A stretch of 64,000 nucleotides of DNA from NCBI GenBank assembly GCA_964571135.1, contig CAZMZW010000008.1, positions 45,808 through 109,807 of the forward strand, in the 5' to 3' direction. Positions 27,978-38,809 of the stretch are shown piece after piece. The position numbers and the translations under genes were made by a program. The stretch is from an uncultured Anaerolineaceae bacterium (lineage in GTDB: Bacteria > Chloroflexota > Anaerolineae > Anaerolineales > Anaerolineaceae). The number at the start of each line of letters is the position of its first letter. The stretch's first letter is position 1. Below the pieces are notes generated by a model. It was not told the origin of the DNA. It saw only the letters and a program-made list of their open reading frames with translations, and did no database searches.

Positions 27978-29369
27978 TCAGGGGTAACTTTTTTGAAACC
28001 AATCCAGTGGGTTTACCTGGACACCATTTACCCAGATTTCAAAATGAAGGTGTGGTCCGGTCACCCGTCCAGTGGAGCCAATTATTCCAATTAATTGATG
28101 CGATTTAACAATTTCCCCAACTTTCACTTTGATCTGGGATTGATGAAAGTAGCCAGTAAAAATTCCCTGTCCATGATCGATAAATATCGCATTTCCCCGA
28201 ACGGTAAGAGGTCCTGCAAATATTACCTTTCCTGAGGCTGCAGCATAGATATTAAGACTGGGGGCACAAACACCGAAATCAAGACCAGTATGAAAATATG
28301 TGTAATCACTTCCATTGTACGACCTACGATTGCCATAAATGGATTTGAAACAAATGGGTTCATCGAGGGGATAGAGAAAATTCCCTGACCATAATTTTTC
28401 AGACGAAATAACCGCCAACAAACCTTTTACAAAGTCATCCTCAGGCTTGGTTATCGCAGGATCAATGGTTTGATCAGAAACATTAATTGGGGGGTCTTTA
28501 AGAAATGGTGTCTGTTCTACTAAGAGCATCTGCTGGAAAGAGAAATCTTGCCCATCGGAGGAATTGCCACTCAAAGAAAACGAGGTTAAACCTGGATCGG
28601 CCATGGGATGAATACCTTGAAGGGCATAATACTCATTCTTACCATTTTCAAAAAAATGCAATTCAGTATTGTTTAATTTACCAGTGAAATTGATGGGTTG
28701 GTTCGAAATTATGCTTAGAATCTCTGTGTTACCCTGTGATATGGGTAGGGGATTTATTGACACTGATTTTAGTAATGAAGATATGGGACTTATTTCTTTG
28801 GCAGAGTCTTCTCCTTTTGAATATACAATATCAGAAGGAAGTAATTGCGCGATTGTTGAAATATTATTTCCTGTTATTTGTTTCCATGGATTTGCATCAA
28901 GAAGAATTGATGTTTCAAAAACCGACTGGGTTGGTTTTAATGCTAATAGCGCAATATTTTTCGGTTTTGCCTGATCTATAGAAATAATTAAATTAGATCC
29001 AGCATAAACCTCATTTGGACTAGTCAATCGATTAACCTGAGTAAGGATTTTCATATGAATTTGATATTTGAACGTAAAATTGTTCAAGCTTTCTCCAATG
29101 CCAACTGTATGGATAGTCAATTCCCCAGTAATGCCGGTAAGACCTGGGATGTAGAGACGGATTCCTGGAGAAATAAGATCGGGGTTTGAAATACTATTTA
29201 TAGAAATTATTTCATTTACAGTGACATTGAATTTCTGTGCAATTTGAGATAACGTTTCACCAAGTTGAACAACATACACTGGATTAGTGGGATTATCCTG
29301 AGCGAATATCTGAGGAGGATTGCAAAAAACGAGGAGGAGTAATGTGATAAATATAAATTGGTATTTCAT
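27978..29369 (-). CDS. LysM domain-containing M23 family metallopeptidase
   Basis: 463 aa. Signal peptide, two LysM-like repeats (VYVVQLGETLSQIAQKF...), and a C-terminal M23 domain (HTGLDF ... GSTGRVTGPHLHFEI). Confidence 0.88.
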   Translation of the reverse strand: MKYQFIFITLLLLVFCNPPQIFAQDNPTNPVYVVQLGETLSQIAQKFNVTVNEIISINSISNPDLISPGIRLYIPGLTGITGELTIHTVGIGESLNNFTFKYQIHMKILTQVNRLTSPNEVYAGSNLIISIDQAKPKNIALLALKPTQSVFETSILLDANPWKQITGNNISTIAQLLPSDIVYSKGEDSAKEISPISSLLKSVSINPLPISQGNTEILSIISNQPINFTGKLNNTELHFFENGKNEYYALQGIHPMADPGLTSFSLSGNSSDGQDFSFQQMLLVEQTPFLKDPPINVSDQTIDPAITKPEDDFVKGLLAVISSEKLWSGNFLYPLDEPICFKSIYGNRRSYNGSDYTYFHTGLDFGVCAPSLNIYAAASGKVIFAGPLTVRGNAIFIDHGQGIFTGYFHQSQIKVKVGEIVKSHQLIGIIGSTGRVTGPHLHFEIWVNGVQVNPLDWFQKSYP

Positions 29370-29431
29370 GCTTTATATGGTTTAAAATAAAGCGGTAATA
29401 GGTAAAAAACAAGTTTACCATAGGGACAGCT

Positions 29432-30199
29432 ATGAAAATAACTACATGGAATATTAATGGTATTAGAGCGGCGATGAAAAAGGGGATTGATCATTGGATA
29501 ATGGATTATTCACCAGACGTTTTATGTTTTCAGGAAATAAAGGCAAAACCCGATCAATTTGATTCTTCGATTTTTATTTCTATGGGTTATCAATATGTTT
29601 GGAATTCAGCAGAAAGACCTGGCTATAGTGGGGTGGGTATTCTTTTCAAAGAACAACCGCTGGCAATTCAATATGGATTAGGTAACCCTCTATTTGATAA
29701 GGAAGGCAGGGTAATTCAATTTAGCTACCCCGATTTTGAATTATTTAATATTTATTTTCCTAATGGTGGAAGAACTTTGGAAAGAGTTCCATTTAAATTA
29801 GATTTCTATGAGAATCTTTTAAAAAAGTGTGAATTTTTACATTCTGAAAATAAAAATATAATTATTACCGGAGATTTTAATACCGCTCATAATGCGATTG
29901 ATTTAAAGAATTCGAAAAGTAATCAAAAAAACACAGGTTTCTTACCGGAGGAAAGAATTTGGATCGATTATTACCTTCAACATGGGTTTGTTGATATCTA
30001 CAGGCATTTATATCCAGATAGAATTCAATATACATGGTGGACTTATCGTATGAATGCCAGGCAAAATGGGGTAGGGTGGCGTTTGGATTACTTTCTCATT
30101 TCAAAAAAACTAAATGAAATGGTTAAGGATGTTATTATTCATGATGAGGTACAAGGTTCGGATCATTGCCCGGTCACATTGAAATTATCAAGAAAGTAA
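29432..30199 (+). CDS. xth: exodeoxyribonuclease III
   Basis: 255 aa. Motifs TWNINGIRA, CFQEIK, GDFNTAHN and SDHCPV of the EEP/ExoIII family. Confidence 0.92.
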   Translation: MKITTWNINGIRAAMKKGIDHWIMDYSPDVLCFQEIKAKPDQFDSSIFISMGYQYVWNSAERPGYSGVGILFKEQPLAIQYGLGNPLFDKEGRVIQFSYPDFELFNIYFPNGGRTLERVPFKLDFYENLLKKCEFLHSENKNIIITGDFNTAHNAIDLKNSKSNQKNTGFLPEERIWIDYYLQHGFVDIYRHLYPDRIQYTWWTYRMNARQNGVGWRLDYFLISKKLNEMVKDVIIHDEVQGSDHCPVTLKLSRK

Positions 30200-30229
30200 A
30201 ATACGTCGTAAAAAGAATAAAGAGGTTAC

Positions 30230-30883
30230 ATGTCGAAGAAAAGATTATTAATCGTTGATGATCATGAAATTGTACGGCTGGGCCTGCGTTCAATGCTGGA
30301 AAATTATCCCGATTTTGAAGTAGTGGCTGAAGCTGGGAGTGCAAAAGAAGCTGTCCAACAGGTTGGGATTCATCATCCAGATATTGTTTTAATGGATATC
30401 CGTCTGCCTGGAACATCTGGAATTGAAGCTACTGAAGAAATTATCTTAAAGAATCCTGGGATCAAAGTCATCATGCTGACTTCTTATGCTGAGGATGAAA
30501 TGCTATTTTCAGCAATTAAAGCTGGTGCTTCAGGTTATGTATTAAAACAAATTAATTTGGATGATCTCGTAAAATCAATAGAAGCCGTCGCACGCGGTGA
30601 TGCATCCTTAGACCCTGCAGTCACGCAGAGAATATTTCAAGAAGTTCGAAAAGCGGTAAAAGATGAAGAAGCATCCGCATTTTCGAGTTTAAGCCAACAG
30701 GAGAAAATGGTTCTAAAATTAGTATCAGAGGGAAAAACGAATCGGGAGATAGCCCAGAAATTATTTTTAGGTGAAGGCACAGTACGTAACTACGTGAGCA
30801 GTATTCTTTCAAAATTGGGGGTAAGTAATAGAGCTGAAGCTGCCGCATATGCGGTTGGCCATAACTTACTTGACTATTTGTAA
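30230..30883 (+). CDS. LuxR/NarL-family response regulator
   Basis: 217 aa. Receiver domain ([10 protein letters not shown], phospho-acceptor in VLMDIRLPG) plus a C-terminal LuxR HTH ([23 protein letters not shown]). Confidence 0.9.
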   Translation: MSKKRLLIVDDHEIVRLGLRSMLENYPDFEVVAEAGSAKEAVQQVGIHHPDIVLMDIRLPGTSGIEATEEIILKNPGIKVIMLTSYAEDEMLFSAIKAGASGYVLKQINLDDLVKSIEAVARGDASLDPAVTQRIFQEVRKAVKDEEASAFSSLSQQEKMVLKLVSEGKTNREIAQKLFLGEGTVRNYVSSILSKLGVSNRAEAAAYAVGHNLLDYL

Positions 30884-31005
30884 AAAAGAAAATTACATTT
30901 AGTAAAATTGTAATCAATCGATAAAATATTTTATAATTTTATTGCATATTAATTGGGATTTTTACCAAATTAATAGCTATAACTTATGATGAGAGGGGAA
31001 AAACT

Positions 31006-31845
31006 TTAGATAAGCAGGCTGAAAAGCTTTGGACCAAGAATTATTGCACCGATAATAATTGAGCATATCGCGGTTATCAGGACCGCCGCTGCTCCAAGAT
31101 CTTTGGCAATTTTTGCTAATGGCTGGCTGTGAGGCGAAACCAGGTCAATGGTGGCTTCGATCGCAGTATTGATCAATTCAAATGAGATTACCACTGACAT
31201 GGTTATAAACAAAATGGCGATTTCCGATGAACTGCAATGAAGAAATATTGAAAGCAACGTAACCAGGATAGCAACAGTCAGATGGATACGAAGATTTTTT
31301 TGAGTCCTGAACGCATATACAATCCCATCAAAGGCATATCTAAACGAATCTAGATCAGGCTTAATGGTTAATTTTCTCTTGTTATTAAATTCTTTGGTTT
31401 GTGTTTTATTTAATTGCATCAATTTAGATTGTAACAAAATCATCTTCTTTTCTTCTTTTCTTGATCCATGATCATAGCCTAATAAATGTAAAATACCATG
31501 AATTGTCAATAAAGACATTTCTTCGCTAATTCGAAGGCCAAACGACTTTGACTGTTTTTGGACGACCGGATAAGAAATGATTACATCGCCAAAGTAAGTA
31601 TTTCCTGTTTCAGGATTAATTTCATTTGCAGAAAAGGACAATACGTCTGTAACCGAATCGATAGACCTATACTTCTTATTTAGATTGCGTATCGTTTTTT
31701 CACTCACTATTGTTATGGTTAGTTCAAGATCTTTTTTATTGAAATATTCCAGTATAGTAATTACGGTGGATTTCAATCGTGATTGATCTATAAGATTCCT
31801 GAAATCTTTTTCTACGACTATATGGATATTGTTATTTTCTATCAT
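31006..31845 (-). CDS. fusion protein: endoribonuclease YbeY + diacylglycerol/undecaprenol kinase DgkA
   Basis: 279 aa. The YbeY zinc motif HGILHLLGYDH is at aa 116-126. A ~40 aa Lys-rich linker follows. The 3-TM DgkA module carries the signature ELINTAIEATID at aa 222-233. Confidence 0.85.
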   Translation of the reverse strand: MIENNNIHIVVEKDFRNLIDQSRLKSTVITILEYFNKKDLELTITIVSEKTIRNLNKKYRSIDSVTDVLSFSANEINPETGNTYFGDVIISYPVVQKQSKSFGLRISEEMSLLTIHGILHLLGYDHGSRKEEKKMILLQSKLMQLNKTQTKEFNNKRKLTIKPDLDSFRYAFDGIVYAFRTQKNLRIHLTVAILVTLLSIFLHCSSSEIAILFITMSVVISFELINTAIEATIDLVSPHSQPLAKIAKDLGAAAVLITAICSIIIGAIILGPKLFSLLI

Positions 31846-33932
31846 TACATGGTCTTATTTGAAGGGTATCTCATCCGCTTATGGGCTACATTCACAAAAG
31901 AAGTGACAAATGAATCCTCAATTAAATTAATGTCACGAAAAGTTAGATTTACATTATTCAATTGTTTCTCAAGAATATAATAATTAAAAGTGTCATTTAC
32001 CAGGTTTCTTATTCCAGATTTTGTCTTAGGATTTTCTGCTTTAATTCTGGCTTCGCATCCATCTGCCAACATGAGGATTGCAGTCTCTCTTGTTCGAGGT
32101 GGTTGACCTGGATAAACAAAAAGTTTTTTATTAGGCACTACATTCATTCTGGCAGGTTTCTTTAAAGAAAGTAAGTATTGATAACGTGCGATCATATTTC
32201 CATGATGTTCAGTAATAAAATTAATAATCTGGGGCGGCAAACCGTATTTCTTAGCCAAAGTAACCCCATCTTCTACGTGTTTGATAATTGTATGAGCAGC
32301 AACCTCTGGTTTAAGGTTTTCATGGGTATTTAATAGACCTCGGTACTGATTCTCAATAAAGAAATCCGGGTTGTTTGCTTTCCCTACATCATGATAGAGG
32401 GCTCCAACACGAGCCAGCAAAGGATCAGCTTTGACAATTCTTGCAGCTTGTTCGGTAAGATTCGCTGTTTGCAAACTATGCTGATATGTGCCTGGCGCAT
32501 TTATCATAAGAAATTGGAGAAGTGGATGGTCAGGTCTTGAAAGTTCCATTAATTGCAGGGCTGTTGTTCGCCCCAATAGTAAGGCAAAATAATATTGTAA
32601 TAGTAAGGTTAAACTAATTGAGCCCAAACCATTTAGAAAGGCGATGCCAATCAAAGTGATTAAACCTTCAGGGTCAAAATAGCCTTCGGTAAGGCGAAAT
32701 GCAATAATCACTGCACTTCCAACAAGTCCAATTACGATACCTGCAGCAAAGAATATGATCAGCCGCCTTCCTTTGCCTAATACAAAAATGGCGGTTGCAC
32801 TTGACAGCCAGAAATAAACAATTAATTCGACATTATTAGTAAGAATATAGCTCAATAAAATGCTTAATGGAATTAGGCTAATGATGCCAGTTTCGTAGTC
32901 AAAAATGCTGGCGATGGTTAATCCAAAAGCAGCAATTGGGAATATATAAGGGAGAATCGTATGATTGCTAATAAGCAGTTTCGCAGTGCCTAGAAAAAGA
33001 AGAAATAATATTGAAATAAGTAATAGAGCAGCCGGATCATCAAATAGAGCTTTTTTCACCTGTCGGAGAAACAATGCAGGAACTATCAGGGTTGTAATAA
33101 TAAGTAAAAATGCAGAAGCCAATTCCACTGGTTCATTTGTAGATTGCACAAGTCCCAAAGATTGAAGCGCCTCCCAGGTTTGAGGACTGATAAGCTGACC
33201 GCTAAAAACGATCATTTCTCCAGCGGCATAATACTTAATAACCTGGGTTACTTTTTCACGGGCAATCTGGACTGCTTCATTGGTTATTTCATTACTATAG
33301 ACACTATTTACAATTATGAAAGGGGAAATTAATTGCTTAATAATTTCAACTTCTTTTTCAGAAAAAGAAAATCCAATATGCGTAGGAATATTGTTCTTTA
33401 TGTCGATGAGGTGATCTTCGCTGATAGGACTTCGAATTATCTGTTCAAAAACTAACAAACATTCATTTTTAATTTGAATCCATCGATTTTCCTGGAGTGC
33501 CATTATGTTTTTTGAGTAATCTTGAGCAAGTTGAACATTTGCCAAATTACTTAGCAGTTGCATTTTATTTTCAGGGGATAATGAATTATTGAGACGAGTG
33601 TTTTCAATTTGGTTTAATGCTTGATTAAGGGATTCAAATTGCTTCCGTGAGATTGAAGGATCAGCAGGTAAAAATACAGGTGAAACTGATTTTTCCGCAG
33701 CATCACGAGCCTGGTTTGTAAGGATTTCACTAATGTAACTAAAAGATCTTGGTGCTCGAATATCTTGAAAAGATACATCACCAACTTTAAGAGAAAATGG
33801 CGAAGGTCTTAAGGATATTGGTGTACCAACAATGATTAAAGAAATAGCACAAACAATGATAAATAATAATAAACGCCAATTTTTGATTTGTGAAAAGCGC
33901 GTACTAAGCTTTTCAAAAAATGAGGTCAACAT
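31845..33932 (-). CDS. pgpH: 7TM-HD phosphohydrolase (PgpH-type, cyclic-di-AMP phosphodiesterase family)
   Basis: 695 aa. N-terminal extracytoplasmic domain, 7 TM helices, and a C-terminal HD domain (HSLQTANL ... LYHDVGK). Confidence 0.82.
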   Translation of the reverse strand: MLTSFFEKLSTRFSQIKNWRLLLFIIVCAISLIIVGTPISLRPSPFSLKVGDVSFQDIRAPRSFSYISEILTNQARDAAEKSVSPVFLPADPSISRKQFESLNQALNQIENTRLNNSLSPENKMQLLSNLANVQLAQDYSKNIMALQENRWIQIKNECLLVFEQIIRSPISEDHLIDIKNNIPTHIGFSFSEKEVEIIKQLISPFIIVNSVYSNEITNEAVQIAREKVTQVIKYYAAGEMIVFSGQLISPQTWEALQSLGLVQSTNEPVELASAFLLIITTLIVPALFLRQVKKALFDDPAALLLISILFLLFLGTAKLLISNHTILPYIFPIAAFGLTIASIFDYETGIISLIPLSILLSYILTNNVELIVYFWLSSATAIFVLGKGRRLIIFFAAGIVIGLVGSAVIIAFRLTEGYFDPEGLITLIGIAFLNGLGSISLTLLLQYYFALLLGRTTALQLMELSRPDHPLLQFLMINAPGTYQHSLQTANLTEQAARIVKADPLLARVGALYHDVGKANNPDFFIENQYRGLLNTHENLKPEVAAHTIIKHVEDGVTLAKKYGLPPQIINFITEHHGNMIARYQYLLSLKKPARMNVVPNKKLFVYPGQPPRTRETAILMLADGCEARIKAENPKTKSGIRNLVNDTFNYYILEKQLNNVNLTFRDINLIEDSFVTSFVNVAHKRMRYPSNKTM

Positions 33933-34382
33933 TTATTGATTCTGCAGCAGGTCTTTTATTACTTTGCTAATTTCATCATTGGGTGCCTGCCCATTGACTC
34001 TTTCAATCATTAATTTCATCACATTTCCCATATCTTTCAAACTTGTGGCGTTTTGTTCTTGAATAATTCTTTTTGCCAAAATGGTCAATTCTTCAGCATT
34101 TAAGGTCTTGGGTAGAAATTCTTGAAGTATTGCTATTTCCGCTTCATTTTCTGAAACGATTGAACCTCGATTTCCTTTTCTTGCTTCTTCAATTGTTTCT
34201 TTCCGGATTTTAATCTCTTTGTAGAGACTTGCAATAATTGCTGGATCATCCAAAATCCCTTTTCGTTCAATCTCTGCCAATTTAATATTTGAAATCGCCA
34301 TGCGAATCGTTCTCTTTCTTATTTCATCTTTCGCCCGCATGGCGATAAACAACTCAGCTTCTAATTTCGCTTTAAGAGTCAT
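33933..34382 (-). CDS. GatB/YqeY domain-containing protein
   Basis: The ATG at 34382 has a GGAGGA SD 5 nt upstream. The sequence MTLKAKLEAELFIAMRAKDE is typical of YqeY. Confidence 0.85.
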   Translation of the reverse strand: MTLKAKLEAELFIAMRAKDEIRKRTIRMAISNIKLAEIERKGILDDPAIIASLYKEIKIRKETIEEARKGNRGSIVSENEAEIAILQEFLPKTLNAEELTILAKRIIQEQNATSLKDMGNVMKLMIERVNGQAPNDEISKVIKDLLQNQ

Positions 34383-35283
34383 TTTTATCCTCCAAAACAT
34401 TTTCTTTTTCGAATTCGATCAGTGAGGTAAATGCCTTAATGGCTACCTCAACCATTTCAGGAGAGGGTTCCCGTGTTGTTAGGTTTTGAAGCGCCATATT
34501 AGGGATTGAAATTACTCTGATTATTGGGTTATCCAGATGATTTCCCAACCAACGGATAAATTCATAAGCAAACATGGCAATAATTGGAATAAAAACTATT
34601 CTGCTAATGAGTTTTATAAAAAATGGTATTTCACCAAAGAAAGAGAAGAGAATGATTGAAAAGACTACAAGCGTAAGTAAAAATGATGTTCCACATCTAG
34701 GGTGTTGAACAGAATATTTCATTACCGATGCTACGTTTAGTTTTTCGTTTGCTTCATAAGCATTGATCGTTTTATGTTCCGCACCATGATAGGCAAATAC
34801 TCTTTTGATTTCAGGCATAAAGGAAATTACCCAAAGGTAGAAAATAATCATCACTAGGCGGATTAATCCTTCAAAAAGGTTGTTGGTAAATATATTTAAT
34901 TTAATAATATTCGAAAGCAGACCGGTCATAAAAACAGGGAAAACAAAAAAGATAAGGATGGCGAATGAGATCGAGATGATTACTGCAATAAATAAACTCG
35001 ACCCGCCAATCTTTTCATCATCCTGATTTGTCTGAACATTGGCTGAGATCGTCAGATATTTCATTCCAACAACCAGACTATCCCATAAAATTAATAATCC
35101 CCTTAATAATGGGATTTGAAATAATTTGTTTTTATATGGCCCTTGCAATTTTTCTGAATGAACAATGATTTTTCCATCTGGAGTGCGCATAGCAGCGGAC
35201 AATGAATTCCTTCCACGCATAAGTACACCTTCGATTAGTGCCTGTCCGCCATAAGATGACATCCGTAATTTCTTAGAACTCAT
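34372..35283 (-). CDS. DUF1385 domain-containing membrane protein
   Basis: 303 aa. Motifs YGGQALIEGVLMRG and YHGAEHK are typical of DUF1385. Several TM helices. Confidence 0.82.
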   Translation of the reverse strand: MSSKKLRMSSYGGQALIEGVLMRGRNSLSAAMRTPDGKIIVHSEKLQGPYKNKLFQIPLLRGLLILWDSLVVGMKYLTISANVQTNQDDEKIGGSSLFIAVIISISFAILIFFVFPVFMTGLLSNIIKLNIFTNNLFEGLIRLVMIIFYLWVISFMPEIKRVFAYHGAEHKTINAYEANEKLNVASVMKYSVQHPRCGTSFLLTLVVFSIILFSFFGEIPFFIKLISRIVFIPIIAMFAYEFIRWLGNHLDNPIIRVISIPNMALQNLTTREPSPEMVEVAIKAFTSLIEFEKENVLEDKNDS

Positions 35284-36669
35284 TTACATACTCGATTCTG
35301 ATAAATTATAGAAAAAATGAATAATCGCTTGAACACCTTTGTTCCACAATTCCAAATTTATTCTTTCGTTGGGACTATGGATACGATCACCTGGAAGGCC
35401 AAATCCACTTAATACCGATTCGGTCCCAAGAATACTTTTCATATAGCTGACGATAGGTATACTACCACCTTCTCGTTTATAAACAGGTTTTTTCTTCCAC
35501 ACACTTTCCAAAGCATCGGAAAAGCACTTGGTGGCGTAAAAATCTCTTCCAATGACACAGGGAAAATCACTGGTTAATGGTTTTACTTCCCACGTTATGT
35601 TTTTTGGCGCATGGCTTTGCATATATTCCAACAATTGCTGATGAACTTTTTCTGGGGTTTGATTGGGAACTAACCGACTTGAAATTTTTACCATTGCCCA
35701 AGAAGGAATGATCGTTTTTGGACCTTCTCCAGTGTAACCACTAAGGATTCCATTGATCTCAAGAGTAGGTCTTCCTCCAACTCTTTCCGAAGCAGTATAA
35801 CCACTTTCTCCCCACAATTCTGGCACACCAGTCTGATCCAGATAATATTGGTCATTCATTGGCAAATTAGAAAGCTCCGTTCTTTCTTCTAACAAAAGTG
35901 GTTCAACATCATTGTAATAATTTGGTAATTGAATCTTTCCATTTTTATCTTTCATGCCAGCTAGTATTTCACATAATGCTTGAGCTGGGTTATAAACTAT
36001 GCCACCAAAAAGACCGGAATGTAAATCGTGTTCCGGCCCTTTCACATGGATTTCAAAATAAGCCAAGCCACGTAGTCCATAAACGATAGTTGGAACATCT
36101 GCAGCAATCATGCCCGCATCCATATTGAATGCAAAATCACTTTTTAATAAATCTCGATGCGTCTCCAGGAACTCCACAATACTTGGCGATCCAATTTCTT
36201 CTTCTCCCTCAATAATGAATTTTAGATTCACTGGAAAATCGTCATTGTGCATGATCGCATCAATGGCTGAGAGAGATGCGATCAATTGACCTTTCATATC
36301 TGAGGCACCCCTCGCAAATAACAAACCGTCTTTCTCAATAGGGGAGAAAGGATCAGATTGCCATAAACTGATAGGATCTGGGGGTTGCACATCGTAATGG
36401 CCGTAAATCAAAACAGTGGGTTTTTCTTTTCCTGCTTTTAGGTACTCACCAAAGACAATGGGATGTAATTTTGTATCGTATATATCCGTTTTTTCAATAC
36501 CTATTGATCGCAAATATTTAACGATCCATTTTGCAGCTTTATAAAGATCCTCCTTATGAGTTGAATCTGCTGATATGGAAGGTATTTTTAATAATTCTTT
36601 AAAATGACCAATATATTCATTCTTGTTTTGGTCAAAATAATTTATTGCATTCTCTCTATGATTTAGCAT
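35284..36669 (-). CDS. M20 family dipeptidase / metallohydrolase
   Basis: 461 aa. Motifs YGHYDVQP, GASDMKG and EGEEEIGS of the M20 family. Confidence 0.85.
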   Translation of the reverse strand: MLNHRENAINYFDQNKNEYIGHFKELLKIPSISADSTHKEDLYKAAKWIVKYLRSIGIEKTDIYDTKLHPIVFGEYLKAGKEKPTVLIYGHYDVQPPDPISLWQSDPFSPIEKDGLLFARGASDMKGQLIASLSAIDAIMHNDDFPVNLKFIIEGEEEIGSPSIVEFLETHRDLLKSDFAFNMDAGMIAADVPTIVYGLRGLAYFEIHVKGPEHDLHSGLFGGIVYNPAQALCEILAGMKDKNGKIQLPNYYNDVEPLLLEERTELSNLPMNDQYYLDQTGVPELWGESGYTASERVGGRPTLEINGILSGYTGEGPKTIIPSWAMVKISSRLVPNQTPEKVHQQLLEYMQSHAPKNITWEVKPLTSDFPCVIGRDFYATKCFSDALESVWKKKPVYKREGGSIPIVSYMKSILGTESVLSGFGLPGDRIHSPNERINLELWNKGVQAIIHFFYNLSESSM

Positions 36670-36763
36670 AGCGTAAGCTCCTATCCAATAATGGAATGAT
36701 TATATCTAATAAAACGACATCCTATCTTTATGCTATGTTAAAATATATACAAGGTTGTGAATT

Positions 36764-38110
36764 ATGATAATCATAAATGCTAACGTAATATCCTTTGATC
36801 CAAATAACCCATTAATTGAAGATTGTTCACTTTTAATAACCGATGGGATTATAAAGAAAATTGGAAATAAAGAAACACTTATCCAACAATTCCCGGATGA
36901 AGAACGATTGGATGCTAAAAATCATTATGTAATGCCGGGAAACATTTGTGCACATACTCATTTTTACGGTGCATTCGCGAGAGGATTATCAATTCCCGGG
37001 GATGCTCCTGCCAATTTTCCTGAAATCCTGGAGAAATTATGGTGGAAATTGGATAATTCTTTGAATTCTCAAGATATTCTAAATTCTGCCCAGGTTTGCT
37101 TGATTGATTCCATCAAACACGGAACAACCACATTGATCGATCATCATGCATCGCCGAATGCAATTTCAGGTTCTTTGGATATGATAGCGCAGGCAGTATT
37201 AGAATCCGGAGTACGTGCTTCCTTGTGTTACGAGGTAACTGATCGGGGTGGGCTGGATCTAGCAAAAGAGGGAATAAAGGAAAATTTGCGATTTATTGAA
37301 TTGGTCAGGAAAAACCATAATTTCGGATCAATGATTTCTGCAATGTTTGGTTTACATGCCAGTCTGACATTATCAGATGAAACACTTGAAGAATGCCGGC
37401 AACAAATACCTGCAGGGATAGGTTTTCATATCCATGTTGCTGAGCACCCAGTTGATGAATATGATAGTCTCAAAAAATCCGGGAAACGTGTGGTGGAGAG
37501 ATTAAATGATCACGGAATACTAGGGGAAAAAACTATTGTGGCGCATGCGGTTCATGTAAATATAAAAGAAATGAATATCCTTAAAGAAACAGGTACATGG
37601 GTAACCCATCAACCGCGTTCAAATATGAATAATGCCGTTGGGATGTCGGATGTTGAATCAATGCTGGATTATGGGGTGAAAGTTGGTATGGGCAATGACG
37701 GTTTTTCAAATGCAATGTGGGACGAATGGCGCAGCGCTTATTTAGTGCATAAATTATGGAATTTGGATCCAAGGAGAATGGGTGCTGACATAATTACAAA
37801 AATGGCTGTTGAAAATAATGCTGCTTTGGTGAATAAATTATTTGGAGACCTACAGATTGGAGTAATTGCGGAAGGAAGTAACGCCGATCTAATTATTGTG
37901 GATTTCCATCCCTTTACTCCACTTACTTCAGGTAATTTACCCTGGCAGATGATATTTGGTTTTCGCGATAGCATGATTTTGACCACGATCGTTGCCGGGA
38001 AAGTATTAATGGCTGATCGCGAATTTAAAACAATGGATGAAGAAAAGATTACTCGTGAAGCATTAAAATCATCAAAAAAGGTTTGGGACAAATTCTCATC
38101 CCAATTTTAA
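36764..38110 (+). CDS. amidohydrolase, SsnA / chlorohydrolase-like
   Basis: 448 aa. Metal ligands in NICAHTHFY and HVAEH. Length and N-terminus match the SsnA-like aminohydrolase group. Confidence 0.72.
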   Translation: MIIINANVISFDPNNPLIEDCSLLITDGIIKKIGNKETLIQQFPDEERLDAKNHYVMPGNICAHTHFYGAFARGLSIPGDAPANFPEILEKLWWKLDNSLNSQDILNSAQVCLIDSIKHGTTTLIDHHASPNAISGSLDMIAQAVLESGVRASLCYEVTDRGGLDLAKEGIKENLRFIELVRKNHNFGSMISAMFGLHASLTLSDETLEECRQQIPAGIGFHIHVAEHPVDEYDSLKKSGKRVVERLNDHGILGEKTIVAHAVHVNIKEMNILKETGTWVTHQPRSNMNNAVGMSDVESMLDYGVKVGMGNDGFSNAMWDEWRSAYLVHKLWNLDPRRMGADIITKMAVENNAALVNKLFGDLQIGVIAEGSNADLIIVDFHPFTPLTSGNLPWQMIFGFRDSMILTTIVAGKVLMADREFKTMDEEKITREALKSSKKVWDKFSSQF

Positions 38111-38131
38111 AGAAATAGGAAAGTTATTATT

Positions 38132-38809
38132 ATGGATAAATCTAAATTCAACATTGCTATCGTTGGCGGAACTGGAAAAGAAGGGAAAGGATTGGCATTT
38201 CGTTGGGGAAAAGCTGGCCATCGTGTGATAATTGGATCTCGAAATTTAGAGAAGGCACAATTAGCAGCAGATGAGCTTAAATTATTATTACCTACCAATT
38301 CCCAACTATCTGGTGACATAAATGAATCTGCAATAAAAAAGGCAGATGTTGTTGTAATTACCGTTCCTTTCCAAGTGCATAGAGAAATACTTTCTTCATT
38401 AAAAGCCCAGCTTCAAGGAAAAATAATTATTGATGTCACTGTTCCGCTCGTTCCCCCGCAAGTGACTAAAGTTCAAATGCCTGCTGATGGGAGCGCTGCG
38501 CAAGAAACTCAAAAGATACTTGGGCTAGAGTGCAGAGTGGCATCTGCTTTTCAGAATATCTCATATGATTTGTTACTTAAAGACGCACCTGTCTTATGTG
38601 ATGTGCTCGTTTGTTGTACTGATGAGGATACAAAACAAATTGTCCTGGGACTTGTCAAAGACGCGGGATTATCTGGCTGGGATGCTGGTCCACTGGAAAA
38701 CTCGGCAGTTGTGGAGGGTCTTACATCCATATTAATTAATATAAATAAAAAGTATCATTCTCGTACGGCTGGAATAAAAATTACCGGGATTGATGCTTCG
38801 AGTAGTTAA
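38132..38809 (+). CDS. npdG: NADPH-dependent F420 reductase
   Basis: 225 aa. Rossmann motif IAIVGGTGKEGKGLAFRWGKAGHRVIIGSR, typical of Fno/NpdG. Confidence 0.85.
   Translation: MDKSKFNIAIVGGTGKEGKGLAFRWGKAGHRVIIGSRNLEKAQLAADELKLLLPTNSQLSGDINESAIKKADVVVITVPFQVHREILSSLKAQLQGKIIIDVTVPLVPPQVTKVQMPADGSAAQETQKILGLECRVASAFQNISYDLLLKDAPVLCDVLVCCTDEDTKQIVLGLVKDAGLSGWDAGPLENSAVVEGLTSILININKKYHSRTAGIKITGIDASSS

Noticed and set aside
36670-36763. Purine or other riboswitch upstream of the SsnA-like gene, and likewise upstream of the MFS gene (51776-51866) and larA
   Set aside because: The leaders are short (~90 nt), AT-rich, and lack the conserved cores of the purine, TPP or NiCo riboswitches that I can recall. 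An Infernal scan would still be the proper test.
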